Source: Malacoraja senta
Lineage: Eukaryota
Length of the DNA stretch: 64,000 nucleotides
Direction: 5' to 3'
Assembly: GCA_038087875.1 (NCBI GenBank)
Contig: JAXLNO010000193.1
Location: 1-64,000, forward strand
Shown: one piece after another, positions 38,020-51,363 of the stretch
Position numbering within the stretch: the first letter of the stretch is position 1
Layout of the letters: each line of letters opens with the position of its first letter
Notes under the pieces: generated by a model
Told to the model about the DNA's origin: nothing
Database searches by the model: none
The model's input: the letters and a program-made list of their open reading frames with translations, nothing else
Made by a program: the position numbers and the translations under genes

Positions 38020-38047
38020 GACGTTTCAGGTCGAGACCCTTCTTCAG
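38020..38047 (-). ncRNA. Minimal type I hammerhead-ribozyme-like motif (PLE-associated)
   Basis: CUGAAGA-A-GGGU(CUCG)ACCU-GAAAC-GUC: both conserved core boxes, a short stem II and a GUC triplet. Stem I pairing is weak and activity is untested. Confidence 0.6.
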
Positions 38048-40367
38048 AGCGGGACAAAGATATAATGTAGTCGGAGACAGTAAGACTAGTGCGACAACTT
38101 GGAAGGGGGAGGGGATGGAGAGAGAGGGAAAGCAAGGGCTATTGAAGTTAGAGAAGTCAATGTTCATACCGCTGGGGTGTAAGCTACCCAAGCTAAATAT
38201 GAGGCGCAGTTCCTCCAATTTGCACTGTCATTCACTCTGACAATGGAGGAGGCCCAGGACAGAAATGTCAGATTGGGAATGGGAGGTGGAGTTAAAGTGC
38301 TGAGCAACCGGGAGATCAGGTAGGTAGGTTAAGATGGACTGAGCAGAGGTGTTCAGTGAAACGATTGCCGAGCCTGCGCCTGGTCTCTCCGATGTACAGA
38401 CGTTGACACCAGGAACAGTGAATACAGTAGATGAGGTTGGAGGATGTGCAAGTTAACCTCTGCCTCACCTGAAAAGACTGTCAGGGTCCTTGGATGGAGT
38501 CGAGGGGGGAGGTAAAGGGACAGGTGTTGCATCTCCTGCGGTTGCAGGGGAAAGTACCTGGGGGGGGGGGGTGGTTTGGGTGGGAAGGGATGAGTTGACT
38601 AGGGAGTTGCGGAGGGAACGGTCTCTGCAGAAAACAGAAAGGGGTTTTCCATACTAGATCATCAATAACGTTTCTGGATCTCACCGTCTCCATCACAGGA
38701 GACAGACTCTTGACCGACATCTACGACAAACCTACTGACTCCCATAGCTATCTAGACTACACTTCATCCCACCCTGTTTCCTGTAAAGACTCTATCCCCT
38801 ACTCCCAATTGCTCCGTCTATGCCACATCTGAGCCCAGGATGAGGTTTTCCAAACTAGATCATCAGGAGATGTCCTCATTCTTTAGGAAACAGGGGTTCC
38901 CCTCTTCCATTATAGATGAGGCTCTCACGAGGGTCTCCTCCATATCTCGCAGCTCCACTCTTGCTCCCCCTCCCCCATTCGCAACAAGGACAAAGTCCTT
39001 ACCTTCCACCCCATCAGCCGTCGCATACCACATGTACAGTGCATTCAAAATGTATTCAGACCCATTCACTTTTTCCACATTTTGCTACGTTAGAGCCTTA
39101 TTTTAAAATGGATAAAATTCTTTTTTTTTTATCATCAATCTATACACAATACCCCAGAATGAATATGTGAAAACAGGTGTTTAGAAATGTTTGCAAAGTA
39201 ATTAAAAAGAAATAACTGAAATATCACATTTACATAAGTATCCAGACCCTTTGCCAATACACTCAAAATTGAGCTTAGGTTCATCCTGTTTCCATTGATT
39301 ATCCTTGAGATGTTTCTACAACTTGATTGGAGTCCACCAGTGGTAAATTAAATTGATTGGACATGATTTAGAAAGGCACACGTCTGTCTATATAATGTCC
39401 CACAGTTGACAGTGCATGTCAGAGCAAAAACCAAGCCATGAAGATGAAGGAATTGTCCGTAGTCCTCCAAGACAGGATTGTGTCAATACACAGATCTGGG
39501 GAAGGGTATAAAACAATTTCTGCAGCATTGCAGGTCCCGAAGAGCACAGTGGCCTCCGTCATTCTTAAATGGAAGAACTTTGAAAACACCAGGACTCTTC
39601 ATAGAGCTGGCCTTTGTCAGGGGGGTGGCCAAGAACCCGATGGTCACTCTGACAGAGCTCCAGAGTTCCTCTGTGGAGATGGGAGAACCTTCCCGAAGGA
39701 CAACTATATCTGCAGCACTCCACCAATCAGGCCTTTTTGGTAGAGTGGCCTGACGGAAGCCACTCCTCAGTAAAGGGCACATAACAGCCCGCTTGGAGTT
39801 TGCCAAAAGGCATGAAAAACAAGATTCTCTGATCTGATGAAACCAAGATTGAACTCTTTGGCCTGAATGCCAAGCGTCACGTCTGGAGGAAACCGCTCAT
39901 CACCTGGCCATTACCATACCTACAGTGAAGCAAGCTGGTGGCAGCATCATGCTGTGGGGATGTTTTTCCGTGGCAGGAACTGGGAGACAAGTCAGGAAAA
40001 ATGAACGGAGCAAAGTACAGAGAGATCCTTGATGAAAACCTGCTCCAGAGTGTTCTGTACCTCAGACTTGGGCAGAGGTTCACCTTCCAACAGGACAATG
40101 ACCCGAAGCACACAGCCAAGACAATGCAGGAGTGGCTTTGTGACAAGTCTGTGAATGTCCTTGAGTGACCCGATCCAACATCTCTGGAGGGACCTGAAAA
40201 TAGCTGTGCATCGACGCTCCCCATCCAACCTGACAGAGATTGAGAGGATCTGCAGAGAAGAATGGGAGAAATTACCCAACTACAAACTTGTAGCTTCATA
40301 CCCAAGAAGACTTGAGGCTGTAATTGCAGCCAAAGGTGCCTCAACAAAGTACTCAGTAAATGTTCTG

Positions 40368-40858
40368 TTTAAGAAGGAACTGCAGATGCTGGAAAATCGA
40401 AGGTAGACAAAAATGCTGGAGAAACTCAGCGGGCGAGGCAGCATCTATGGAGCGAAGGAAATAGGCAACGTTTCGGGTCGAGACCCTTCTTCAGACTGAT
40501 ATGGGGGGGGGGCGGGAAGAAGAAAGGAAGAGGCGGAGACAGTGGGCTGTGGGAGAGCTGGAAAGGGGAGGGAAATAGTGAGAAAGCAGGGACTACCTGA
40601 AATTGGAGAAGTCAATGTTCATACCGCTGGGGTGCAAACTACCCAAGCAAAATATGATGTGCTGCTCCTCCAATTTACGGTGGGCCTCACTCTGGCCATG
40701 GAGGAGGCCCAGGACAGAAAGGTCGGATTTGGAATGGGAGGGGGAGTCGAAGTGCTGAGCCACCGTGAAATCAGGTTGGTTATTGTGAACCGAGCGGAGG
40801 TGTTGGGCAAAGAGATCACCAAGCCTACACTTGGTCTCACCGATGTAGAGCAGCTGAC
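40368..40858 (-). mobile_element. 5'-truncated PLE inserted near the 3' end of the Tc1
   Basis: Highly similar to 17835-18290. Possible degenerate TSD aaatgttctg/aaacggtctg. Tc1 sequence resumes at ggtctgaatacttatgtaaatg. Confidence 0.88.
40467..40494 (-). ncRNA. Minimal type I hammerhead-ribozyme-like motif (best-preserved copy)
   Basis: CUGAAGA-A-GGGU(CUCG)ACCC-GAAAC-GUU, with palindromic AACGUU where stem III would form by dimerisation. Confidence 0.65.
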
Positions 40859-42214
40859 AAACGGTCTGAATACTTATGTAAATGTGATATTTCAGTTATT
40901 TCTTTTTAATTACTTTGCAAAAATTTCCAAACACCTGATTTTGCTTTTTTTATTATGGGGTATTGTGTACATTAATGATTTAAAAATAAAGAATTTAATC
41001 CAGTTTAGAATAAGGCTGTAACGTAACAAAATGTAGAAAAAGTGAACGGGTCTGAATGCACTGTAATCCTCCAACACTTTTGCCACCTCCAATGGGATCC
41101 CTGTACTGGCCACATCTTTCCATGTATGAACATTGACTTCTCTAACTTCAAAGAGCTCATGCTTTCCCTCTCTCTCCATCCCATCCCCCTTCCAAGTTCT
41201 CCCACTAGTCTTACTGTCTCCGACTACATTCTATCTCTGTCCCACGCACTCCCCCGACATCAGTCTGAAGAAGGGTCTCGACCCTAAACGTCACCCACTC
41301 CTTCTCTCCAGAGATGCTGCGTGTCCCGCTGAGTTACTCTAGTATTTTGTGTCTACCTTCGATTTAAACCAGCATCTGCAGCTCTTTTCTACACATTTAT
41401 TGGGACACCATTGTTCAGAGATTTTCTGGTGAGCAGAAGACGAATTTACTCCTTGCCAAGAGGCAATACTTGGTGAAATACCTGGGCTATCTTGCTGACT
41501 CTGCCTATTGTACCCAATTTAACTTCCCTCCTCATTTTTCAGATCTGAAAGATTGAATTTTGTCCGTCTGCTCCTGGCCATTTTGATTGAGAATTCAGCC
41601 TCTGCTATATAAATGCAGCTGGACCATAAAAATCATCTGTGTCTCCTGCCTTCGGAATTACTGGTAAGATTACTTTTTTTCCAATCAGCAGTACAAATTT
41701 CTACCACTATGGCTAATAACATTGTGTGCATGGTTTCGAAGACTATTTGTAACGCTGCTATTATCTGAAGGGTATTGATACTCCGTTTATTTTGTCATTG
41801 TGGTTCTTATTTTTTTGTGTGTGTGTTAGTTTCAAACCAGCTGGTGGTCCAATGGGTCCCCTATTCGTAACTAGTTTTCATTAATAAACCTGATATCTGA
41901 CCACTTATTTGAATGTGGAGTACATTACGATTAACTACAATCCTCACTTCCTCATGAATGCACGATAAAAAAAATATCGCCAGATCGCAAATTAAAACCA
42001 AGAACCGTTTATTTTTTTTCACCCGGTTCTGGCTTTGCAGTTAAGTTCAGTTAAGCTAAGAAAGTACAAACCATGAATTGGATGAGGGACATTCTGATAG
42101 TTTTTACCTTACTAACTGAATAAGGAGACGATGGTTGTGATTCGGACCGTCTCGGAATGGTCGCAAGGTAAACAGCAGGGCGGAGATTGAAGCAGAAGCG
42201 TTTACACCGGATTT

Positions 42215-42234
42215 AAGCCACCATCTAGTGGCAA
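42215..42234 (-). promoter_or_regulatory. Candidate CTCF binding site in a small CpG-retaining unique segment
   Basis: Minus strand TTGCCACTAGATGGTGGCTT resembles the CTCF core CCASYAGRKGGCR, with one deviation. The neighbouring 41700-42240 region retains many CpGs. Confidence 0.4.
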
Positions 42235-42384
42235 AATGGAAAATAGCAGCTACAAGTCACATTTGAAATGAACAGTGAAAGGCTAACAATTATTTATTCC
42301 ACTGCACTAATATAATTATACAAAATGTAAGTCCCACAAAAAAAACAACATATTCAGAGATTGATGGGGGCATCACTTGGCAGA

Positions 42385-43135
42385 ATAATTTGAAGGACTT
42401 CAGGAAGCAAAGCAATACACACCGAATTAGAGATGGTCAAAAACTTCGTTCCTTAGGAATAAATATCACCAGCAATTTGTCCTGGACCAACCACATCAAA
42501 GCAATGGCCAACAAAGCACACCAATGCCACTACTTCCCCAACAACCCTCACCAACTTCTACAGATGGGCTGTAGAAAGCATCTTATTGGGATATATCACA
42601 ACCTGGTTTGGGAGCAGCTCCATCCAAGACTGCAAGAAATTGCAGAGAGTTGTGGACGTCTCCCAGACCATCATACAAACCAGCCTCCCTTCCTTCCATC
42701 AACACTTCACACTGCCTCAACAAGACGGCCAACATAATCAAGGACCAGTTTCATTCCTGCCGCACCCTTTTCTCCCCTCTCCCATCAGGCAAGAGGTCCA
42801 GAAGTTTGAAAGCACACACCTCCAGATTCAGAAACAGTTTCTTCCCAGATGTTATCAAGCAACTGAACGGTCCTCTTATCACTAAAGTGCAGTCCTGATC
42901 TCTCGTCTGTCTCATCGGAGACCTCTGAACTATCTTTAATCGTACTTTATCAGACTCCAATGATTTATCTTGCACTAAATGTTGTACCCTTTATCCTTTA
43001 TCTGAGCCCTGTGGATGGCTGGATTGTATTCATGCATAGTCTTTGATTTGAGTGGCTAGCATACAAGCAAAAGCTTTTCATTGTACCTTAGCACACATGA
43101 CAATAATAAACTAAACTAAACCAAACAAAACTATT
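42385..43135 (+). mobile_element. Rex1/Babar-clade LINE 3' fragment
   Basis: LGINITSNLSWTNHI...KAHQ, GYITTWFGSSSIQDCKKLQRVV and LPSGKRSRSLKAHTSRFRNSFFP, ending in tgacaataat(aaact)n. Confidence 0.8.
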
Positions 43136-43554
43136 CAGGTGTTTTGCGTTTGCTGTTGTATTTATCTCTATCATTTATACTGTGTATTCTATGTGCTTCA
43201 TGCAAACAAGGATTTTCATGGCATCCTGGTGTATTTGACAATAAACTAATCTGAATCTGAGGAAAATATGGCTAATCTCTGATCTAAACTGCAGATGCTG
43301 CTTCACAATGAAGGACACAATGTGCTGGAGTAACCCAATGGAAGACGAAATCTTTTTTTTAACACTACAATCATTGCACTCTTTTAATTATGTATGATTG
43401 TGCTCATGCACAAAATGATTTTACTGGATTGTATGCAAAACAAAGCATTTCACTGTATCCAGGTACCTGTAACAAAAAGTAACTATCGAACTATTGAACG
43501 TTATTAATTTATTGAATTTTTAAATATTATATATTATCTATGTGTATTGTTAAA

Positions 43555-43790
43555 GGCTTATTTTACTGTTACAAGGGTGGTTGGTATCTAGAACGAGCTG
43601 CCAGATGAGGTAGTTAAGGCAGATATTATAACAACATTTAAAAGACATTTGGAAATGTACATGGATAGGAGAGATTTAGCGCAGCATAGGCCAAAGGCGG
43701 GCAGGTGGTAGTAGTGTAGATGGGGTATCTTGGTCAGCATGGCAAGTTAGGCCAAAGGGCCTGTTGCTGTCCTGTATGAGTCTATGACTA
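43555..43790 (+). mobile_element. CR1-clade LINE 3' fragment
   Basis: tagaacgagctgccagatgaggtag...catttaaaagacatttgga...aggccaaagggcctgttgctgtcctgtatgagtctatgact. Confidence 0.7.
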
Positions 43791-45813
43791 AGTAATCATT
43801 TATTTTGTTCCATTGTCCATGCATATGACAATTAAATATTCTTAATTTGACTCTTCATGTAATGGAAGTGGATGGTATGGGAATCTGGGGACTTGATGGA
43901 AATGAGAGGAAATGGGTTACAGGTAAATAGTAGGGGAACTGGGACATATAAATGCTGACATAGATTTGGAGGGTTAAATAATTTGTTCTATATTGTGAGA
44001 ATGTGATAATGCATGAGAACACCATGTACATTTTTATAGAGATGCTGATAATGTCCAGATCTACCTCACTGCCACCTCCATTGTCACGCTGCTTAACTAA
44101 TGTACAGTTCTGGATGAATAGCGATTTTCTCTCTCTTGCTCTCCCCCCTCTCTCTGGAAGAGTTAGGTATTTGTTTATTATTGTCACGTGCTGAGATACA
44201 GTGAATAACATTTTTTACATGCTATCCAGGCAGATCATTTCATACATGAGTGCAATCATACCATGAATGCAAAAGAGAAAATAAATTGAGTGCAGAATAT
44301 AGTGTTACAGCTACAGAGAACGTACAAATATTAGAAAAGTGCAAGGGATGCAAGAAGGTAATTTTGTGGATCAGGAATTTGCCTTTAACACAGAGAGGTC
44401 ATTTCAGAAATCTGATCAGGCAGAGAATATATTGACTTTGAGGCGACAGTGTGATCATGTAATTATCCCATTGCTCAGTTTTAGATTCACTAAGGCCCAT
44501 TGTCTGATGATGCTCTGGTTTATGCTTTTTAATTACCTCTAAATTTGACCTTTTCAGACCACTTGTTGGGAGTGGGGGAGTGGCTAATGCGGAGGGGCTC
44601 TAATGTTTTACTCTCTATTTAATTTAATATCATCAAAAATTCTGCTGCCCATTGTTTGGCTAGCAACATATCCCATTCACCCATCACTCCTGTTCTTGCT
44701 GAATTACATTTACCCTGACTTTGAGATGCCATTAATGTCCTTCCAGCAGATTACATGAAGTGAGCAACAAAGAGAATATAAACCAGAACAAAGCTGATAC
44801 CTTTTGCCATATCATAAGATTTTAGTTCACTCCATATTTTCGGAAACAAGTCAGCACCTGATACCCAAGAAAGGCAGATGGTTCTAGAAGGAAAGGCCAT
44901 CTAAATTAGACTCATACCTACTAATATTTAGAAGAATAAGAGGGAACAGGAATGAAACATGGAAGATTCTGAGACATCTTGACAAGGTGGATGTGGAAAG
45001 GATGTTTCATCTTATGGGAGAATCCAGAATTAGGGTTTGCTGTTTCAACATAAAGGGCAATCTATTTAAGGCAGATGTGATGTGCATTTTTCCCCCTAAG
45101 GCGGTTGTGAGTCTTTGAAACTGTTCTTCACAAGGCAATGAAAACCGAGTCATAGCGTCATACAACATGAAACAGAACCTTTAACTCAAGCCTATATTGA
45201 CCATTAAGCACCCATTTACATTAATCCAGCACTAATCGCATTCCATCACTGAATATTTTAAGGCAGAGTTAGATTCTTGATAAGAAAGGGATGAAAAGTA
45301 CCTCGGGCGGACATCAGCCATGATATTATTACATGGCGAAGCAGGTTTAAGAGATCAAATGGCCTACTTCTGCTCATAATATTTAAGTTCATATATTAAA
45401 ATGGCAGCAGGAGTCTTCATAGAATGCTGTAGGGTTCACCATAGTCTACGAAATACTGCTTAGCATCCTAAAGAATTGGTCTATAGAAGGATCCACGATA
45501 CTGGCACTGGACCTCTGCTCCTTTGCTGCAGAGGAAACAAAGCTTCATTTATATTGAGGTCAGAAACATGAATGGGAATGGTGGGGAGGTGTCGTTTGGA
45601 TAAATATTGAAGAAAACATGGTTGTGGCATCATAAGGTTTAGGTTCGCTATTTAAAAAATACATGGAGTAGTCTAGTCAAGTAACCTGAGAAGAGACACA
45701 ATTTTACTAACTTAAAAATGGATCTTGATCAAATAAATTGGAATCTAAATGTTCATGGGTAAAACTGTAACTAAACAAATGGTGGCCTTTAAAAAGGAGT
45801 TGATTTATAGATG

Positions 45814-46835
45814 TAGGTATGTTACAATACTTACCTTCAGCGGCGCTGCAATTCTGCCACTGGCTGTGTGCGCGATTTTGGCGCCTTTAAGGGGGGGGGC
45901 GGGGTTAAAATGTGGGTTTCTCCTACCTTGTCCTGGTTAATATTTAGTTGGAGTGCAAGCGTTTGCTGAAAAATCGTTCCGACAGGCATTTTGTGTATTT
46001 TTTTTTTTATTCGATCGACAATGTCAGCGTTGGAGTCATTTTAAAATCAGCTTCTGAAGCCGTCAACCCCGAAAACGGGGACGGATTTCACACACGGGAC
46101 AGGTAAACAAAAGCAGTTTATTTTTTTGTATAAAAGTGGTTCTTAAGAAGCCTTTAATTCACATTTTTTAAAGCGAAACGGTAATTCTTTTCCCCGAACT
46201 AACGGCAGAATTTTTCATGCCGATACGGGGTTAAATTCACCGTAAATCAACGTTCCAATTGATCGCGTTCCAGAAAACCCCATTCGCAAGATTATTTAAA
46301 TGGCCATTAATTTACAGGTATTAAACATTAAATTCCTTCCATTTGGCCTGTAAATCCATGACAATGAGATTTAAAAATTATGTTATGTTGTGAATTCTTG
46401 TGTGAATGTTATTTGGACACTTAGGCTATTTAAAAATGTTAATCTATTCTTAAGAAATTGATAGATGTTTAGATCTAGTAATTGAATTTTGTAATTATCT
46501 ACAATTAGGTAACTAACTAATTATATGCTTTAATTTAATGTCATCTAAGTAAGATTGTTTCATATTTGTTTCAGAATGCTTCAATCTATAATAACTGAAC
46601 ATTTCTTTCAGTTCTCTTAATTTTTAAGAAAGTTATGGGCTTTTGACTGTCCTCGATCACAGCTTTTGTGTTAAGTCAATGGAAAAGCAATAGGGAACAA
46701 GATGCTAATTTCCAAGTATGAAAATGGCCATATGAAAGTGAATTAGGTGTCAAATTAAACTTCTTTTTATGCTTTATCTGATGGGATAAATTACAGACTT
46801 TATTTTTAAAATCTCAAAATGGTGTAACATTGCTA
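45814..46835. mobile_element. Non-autonomous DNA transposon with short TAG...CTA TIRs, superfamily unassigned
   Basis: Ends taggtatgttaca and tgtaacattgcta are 11/13 complementary. Flanks atagatg / atatatg match over 7 bp with one mismatch. The CpG-rich left half contrasts with its surroundings. No ORF. Confidence 0.6.
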
Positions 46836-46851
46836 ATATATGGTCAGGAAA

Positions 46852-47000
46852 CAGTATTCAAATATTTTTTAAGTAATAAAAATAAAAGAAAATAAACTTT
46901 AAAATCATTGAAATCAATATATATGTTTTATTTATTTACATGATTTTAAACAAACTTATTATTTTACTTTTATTACTTCTTAAAAAAATTTAAATGCTTT
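46852..47000. repeat. AT-rich imperfect palindrome (~150 bp)
   Basis: attcaaatattttttaagtaataaaaataaaa...tttaaaatcat pairs with atgattttaaa...ttttacttttattacttcttaaaaaaatttaaat. Confidence 0.7.
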
Positions 47001-50000
47001 TCAATTGTGTCCAAATATGAGATGTTTAGATCATCGAGAAAGTATTTTGGCAGCACAACGCCAAGAAGATGATTTATCTATTCAGACTTGTGGGAAACCC
47101 ACAACAATGAAGTTAGCAGGATTTGGAGCTAAAACTGCTGATGCTGGAAGAGGGGAGAATGCTGGAAGCACTCAGCAAGTCAAACACTAAATGTAGGAAG
47201 AGAAACAGAGGAGGGATCAAATGGAATGTCTATGATGAAGTGCAGGCCAAAGTTGTCAATAAAAGTAAGTACTTTAAAAACCCGTAGTTAGAAACAAAAT
47301 TAAAAAATAAGCAAATTGGAACAGAAAGGTACAGCAACAACTCTAGACAGAAAAACAACACGTCCAAAATTGCTAAATCCAATATCGAGTCCTGGAGGCA
47401 GAAGGTGCTGTTGCTTTAGCATATATTGGGCAGTGTTGGGGTAATATAAGAAGCTACATAAAGATATGTCATACTGATAATCGAATGACAAATTGGTGTG
47501 TAAGCTGAATAGAAGCTTAAATTTGTTCTGGTTCTACAAGGTTATCAACAACCAACATTTGGCTTCTCCAATGTAGAAAAGAGCACATTGTGCAAATGAA
47601 GTTGGTAGGTGATAGGAAATACAAGACCATAAAGGATAAGTGTGACCATTGTCATTCTTAAAAGGTAGATATAAGATGGGCTAACTCCAACACAATCAGC
47701 CCAATCCCAGCAATATGAAAAATTAACAATTATTACCAATACAAAAACAATGTATTGGAGATGCTGGAAACTGAAAGAGAAATAATGGAATTTTCATTTA
47801 TTTATTGTTGGGATTTGGGTGTCACTAGCAAAGTCAGCATTTTTCATTTATTCCCCAAATATCTGTCACTTTCTTGAACTGCAGGTCTTCTAGTGAAGTT
47901 GTTTTTCTACTAATGGGGAGAGAGTTCTAGGTTTTAGACAGCATGAATGAAGGATCAATTATGTTTTCCGTGTCAAGATGGCATGTGACTTGAAGGACAC
48001 CTGCATGTGGTGGTGTTCTCATGAAACTGAGGCCCTTACTTTTCCTGGTGGTAGTGGCCTTTGGTTTGGGAGGAGCTGGGCAGGTAATTACAGTGCATTT
48101 TGTAAATGGTGCACATCTCAGCCAACTTTTCAGGACCTGATGATGATACTTCACTCAAAATGCAGCTCAGTCGCACCAAGAAATCAATCAAGCTATATTT
48201 CATAAGTGGGGGGTCAGGTATCTTTTGATATGGCTATGTTCTGATCCTAAATGAGTCATAGTCCATCCCTATATAGGCATTCATGAAGTGAGCGTTTGCC
48301 TTCCACTGCTGGCATACAAAGTGATATGAGGAAACTGTAAGGTTAAAGTGGTGGTTGTCAGGAACACAATGTAAATGTTCTGGTAATTTTAACCATCTGT
48401 CCAACCACTTCCTGCTGGACATGTTAAAATTGGCCCCAGATATGTATGTGGGCAGAAACAGTATTCAGAACATGACTAATATGCTTCTCTCTCATGTTAT
48501 CTTTCCTTATCGTAGACTTTCTCATTCCTCTTTTGATTTCTGTTTCTCGTAACTAGGCCTGATTTTCTTTGAAACATGTGAATGTTTTTGTTGCCAAGAC
48601 ATTAAAGAAACTGAGAAACAGTTGTGCAGTTTGGGCTAGCTGAGGTGCAGACCGAAGGATTGTAGATTCTAGTAAGAAGAATAACAGGAATTTATGGCAT
48701 AGCTTAAACATATTTTATTTTTGGATGATTCACTGAATATGAAACACGTGAAATAAAGATGTGAGGCAATGGTTCCTTGTTCTCTGTGACCTTCTCACTG
48801 AGTTAAATGTGAGTAACTCTGCCTTGTAAAACAGGTATCGGTATCTCACAGCTAGAATAGCCCTTTGACATTGAACTTTGTTTAGCTTTCTCCCTAGTTA
48901 TTCAAGTCATATATAGCACTTTAATTTAACAACCATAATTATATTTCATCCGATAGAGGCTTTTGGTAATCAAAGGAATGACACTTTATCTGCTCACAGT
49001 ACAGCCTTAAAATGCCACAAAAATAATAAACCTTTGAAACCAGCTCCCTTCCTTCTTAAGGTCTAATCACATTCAATTAAATCATATATTTTTGAAACAG
49101 TTGAACAAAACGTGATCCATTCAAAACAACCAGATTGGACTGTTGTATTATTTTCAGCTCGTCTATATACAGTATCACTGAAGTAGAGTAGCCTAATTAT
49201 ATTTATTGACCAACTTCACAGGTGAAGAATGACTATTTTGACAAAGCATCAGAGGCCAGCCTTCTAAAGATATGACAGGAGAGTTGGGTGGTGAGAGGTA
49301 AAGAGGTTAGGCAGGGATTGAAAATATAGAGAACAATAAAACTAAATCACATCAAGTTGTCATTAATTTTAATTAAAAAATAGGATGCCTTTATACCTGT
49401 AATTGAACATGAGTTATATGTGCGATGGCTGAGATTGTGATTACTATCCAGTCATTAATTAGCACAAAAAGCCTACCTCGAAAGAAGAATACTGCCTACT
49501 GCTGGAAGCTTATCGATTCCAACTTGGTGTAATGATTTTTGCACCAAATGAAGTTCTTAAGGGACCCTCGAGGCTGTGCCATCAATGTCAGTAACATCTT
49601 TGAAAGTCATTCTACGAAAACACAAGAGACTGCAGATGTTGGAACATTGAACAAAAAAACAAAATCAATGGATCAGGATGTATCTATGGAGGGACATGGG
49701 GAAATTATGTTGGGAACCTTCTTCAGACTGATGGAGCAAGGAGAGAAAGCTGGCAAGAGAGGCAAAGGGAGGAGATGGGGCAAGAGCTGGCAAGTGAAAG
49801 GTGGACAGAGGTGAGGAGTTGGCACATGGTCTAGTGATGAAATGGAGACAAAAGTGTGCCAGATAAAGAAGGGAGTGAAATGTAAAGTTGGGCAGAGGGA
49901 TAGGGTGTGGATGGAGATAAGGGGGCTAGGGTAAAGATGGAATTATAAGTAAAATGAGTAGGGGATTACTGTTAGGGCAAGTGCATGATATCCAGCCATG

Positions 50001-51363
50001 AAACCCCTGAAGAAATATGCAAACATCCATTGGTGGGGGGGTGGGGGGGGGAGGGGGGGGAAGATTGTGCATCTGTCATTCCTTCCACCCGTGAACACCT
50101 GTTCCACCTTTAGTAGTGTAAGTAATAGGCTCTAAAATTCCATTCAATATCTGTCCCACCTCTCTATCCTTTTCTCTTCTTGGTTTTCTTCAGGGATTCG
50201 TTACTTCTTTATCTTGGTGTCTGTACTTTGTTTGTTAACACCTTTGGACCCTAAAGGTGTCACATAATGCAAGTTGTTTTTGTTGTTAATTGTCTTTTCT
50301 AAAGTGTGACTTCTCAAAAGTTAGGACTTCAGAACCACTTTATTCAAAGGCTTTTTCAAAGAAGGACGTCACCGTAAAGAATAAATTCTCAGTAGTTTCA
50401 ATATTGGCTAAAGGAAAAACAATGGCTTTCCTAACTTTCTAAATATCTTTGAGTTTACGCTTCTTATTAATGTGAAATATCTTTATTCTGGTAATCTGAA
50501 AATTCACTGAACCATTGATGCATAATCTTATTATAACCAAAACACACTAACCTAATGTATCCCACCAAACATTTGTAATATGTTTACTGATGATGTTTAT
50601 TTGATGAAAGGCCACCTGCGAGGTTTCATGTTCATGATAGCTTTGGAATCTGGAATTAAGACTTGGACAGATATCAATCTGTAGTCAGCCTCAAGCAGCT
50701 GCCTGACGTAAAGCCCATCAGACATGAGGGGACCATTCTGGCTGAACGAACCCCTGATTTTTTTAATTTTGAAAATATTTGCTCTAATCCATATTAATAA
50801 TGGATGGATCCATTTATTTTGGAAGTGCCTTGATTACTCCATTTACTAGAGCGTATGTGCCATTTGTTTTTATGAAGATCTGAGAACCGAGATTATAATT
50901 ATAGATGGAATTCAAAATCCAGTTGGTTGACTTTCCTTACAGTCAGTAGAAAACAGTTGAAAACTGAAAGAAAGCCAGTGAGAGGATGGGACATTTTCTC
51001 CTCAGAGCATTTGGAGTTCATGTCAGAGCAGAGCTTGGGCCAGAAAGCCCCTAGACTTCTTTTGACTTGAGCAGAATATTTAACATTTCTGCCTTCTTTC
51101 ATTGGTTTTCAGTTTTATGCCAGCCGACCATTTCAGTTTGAATGGAAAGCAAGGAAATGAGCTGCACTGTTAGGAGTGTAATAACAGGGAAGGGAGAAGA
51201 CTTGGATTGTCTAAAAAGAAAGAGTGTTATAAAGTCAGTGTTGAGGGCCAGAACAAAGTGTCCTTTATTAGGTGGATAATCTGGTGTGCTTGGAATGTGT
51301 TCAGCTCATTTCATCCTGTGAAGGATAGATTTCCTTCGGCTGAAAATGCTGTTCCGATCTGTT

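Larger units (their letters stand above)
39037..41063 (+). mobile_element. Tc1-family DNA transposon with defective transposase, inserted in a PLE and itself carrying a PLE insertion
   Basis: TA|cagtgcattca... and ...tgaatgcactg|TA termini, ~200-bp TIRs with inner direct repeats. Transposase pieces [32 protein letters not shown] and PIQHLW (catalytic E replaced); frameshifted. Confidence 0.93.
37966..41395. mobile_element. Composite PLE insertion: minus arm 37966-~38645 and plus arm ~38650-41395 (interrupted by Tc1), sharing one TSD
   Basis: Flanks tttaatgggacacca (37951-37965) and tttattgggacacca (41396-41410), one mismatch. Both arms end outward in the PLE terminal repeat with hammerhead-like motifs (38020-38047, 41265-41292). 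The plus arm reads through across the Tc1. Confidence 0.88.

Noticed and set aside
41543..41663. Exon-like segment (tttttcag ... tg|gtaaga)
   Set aside because: Stops in all three frames and no partner exons identified; cannot be supported without RNA data.
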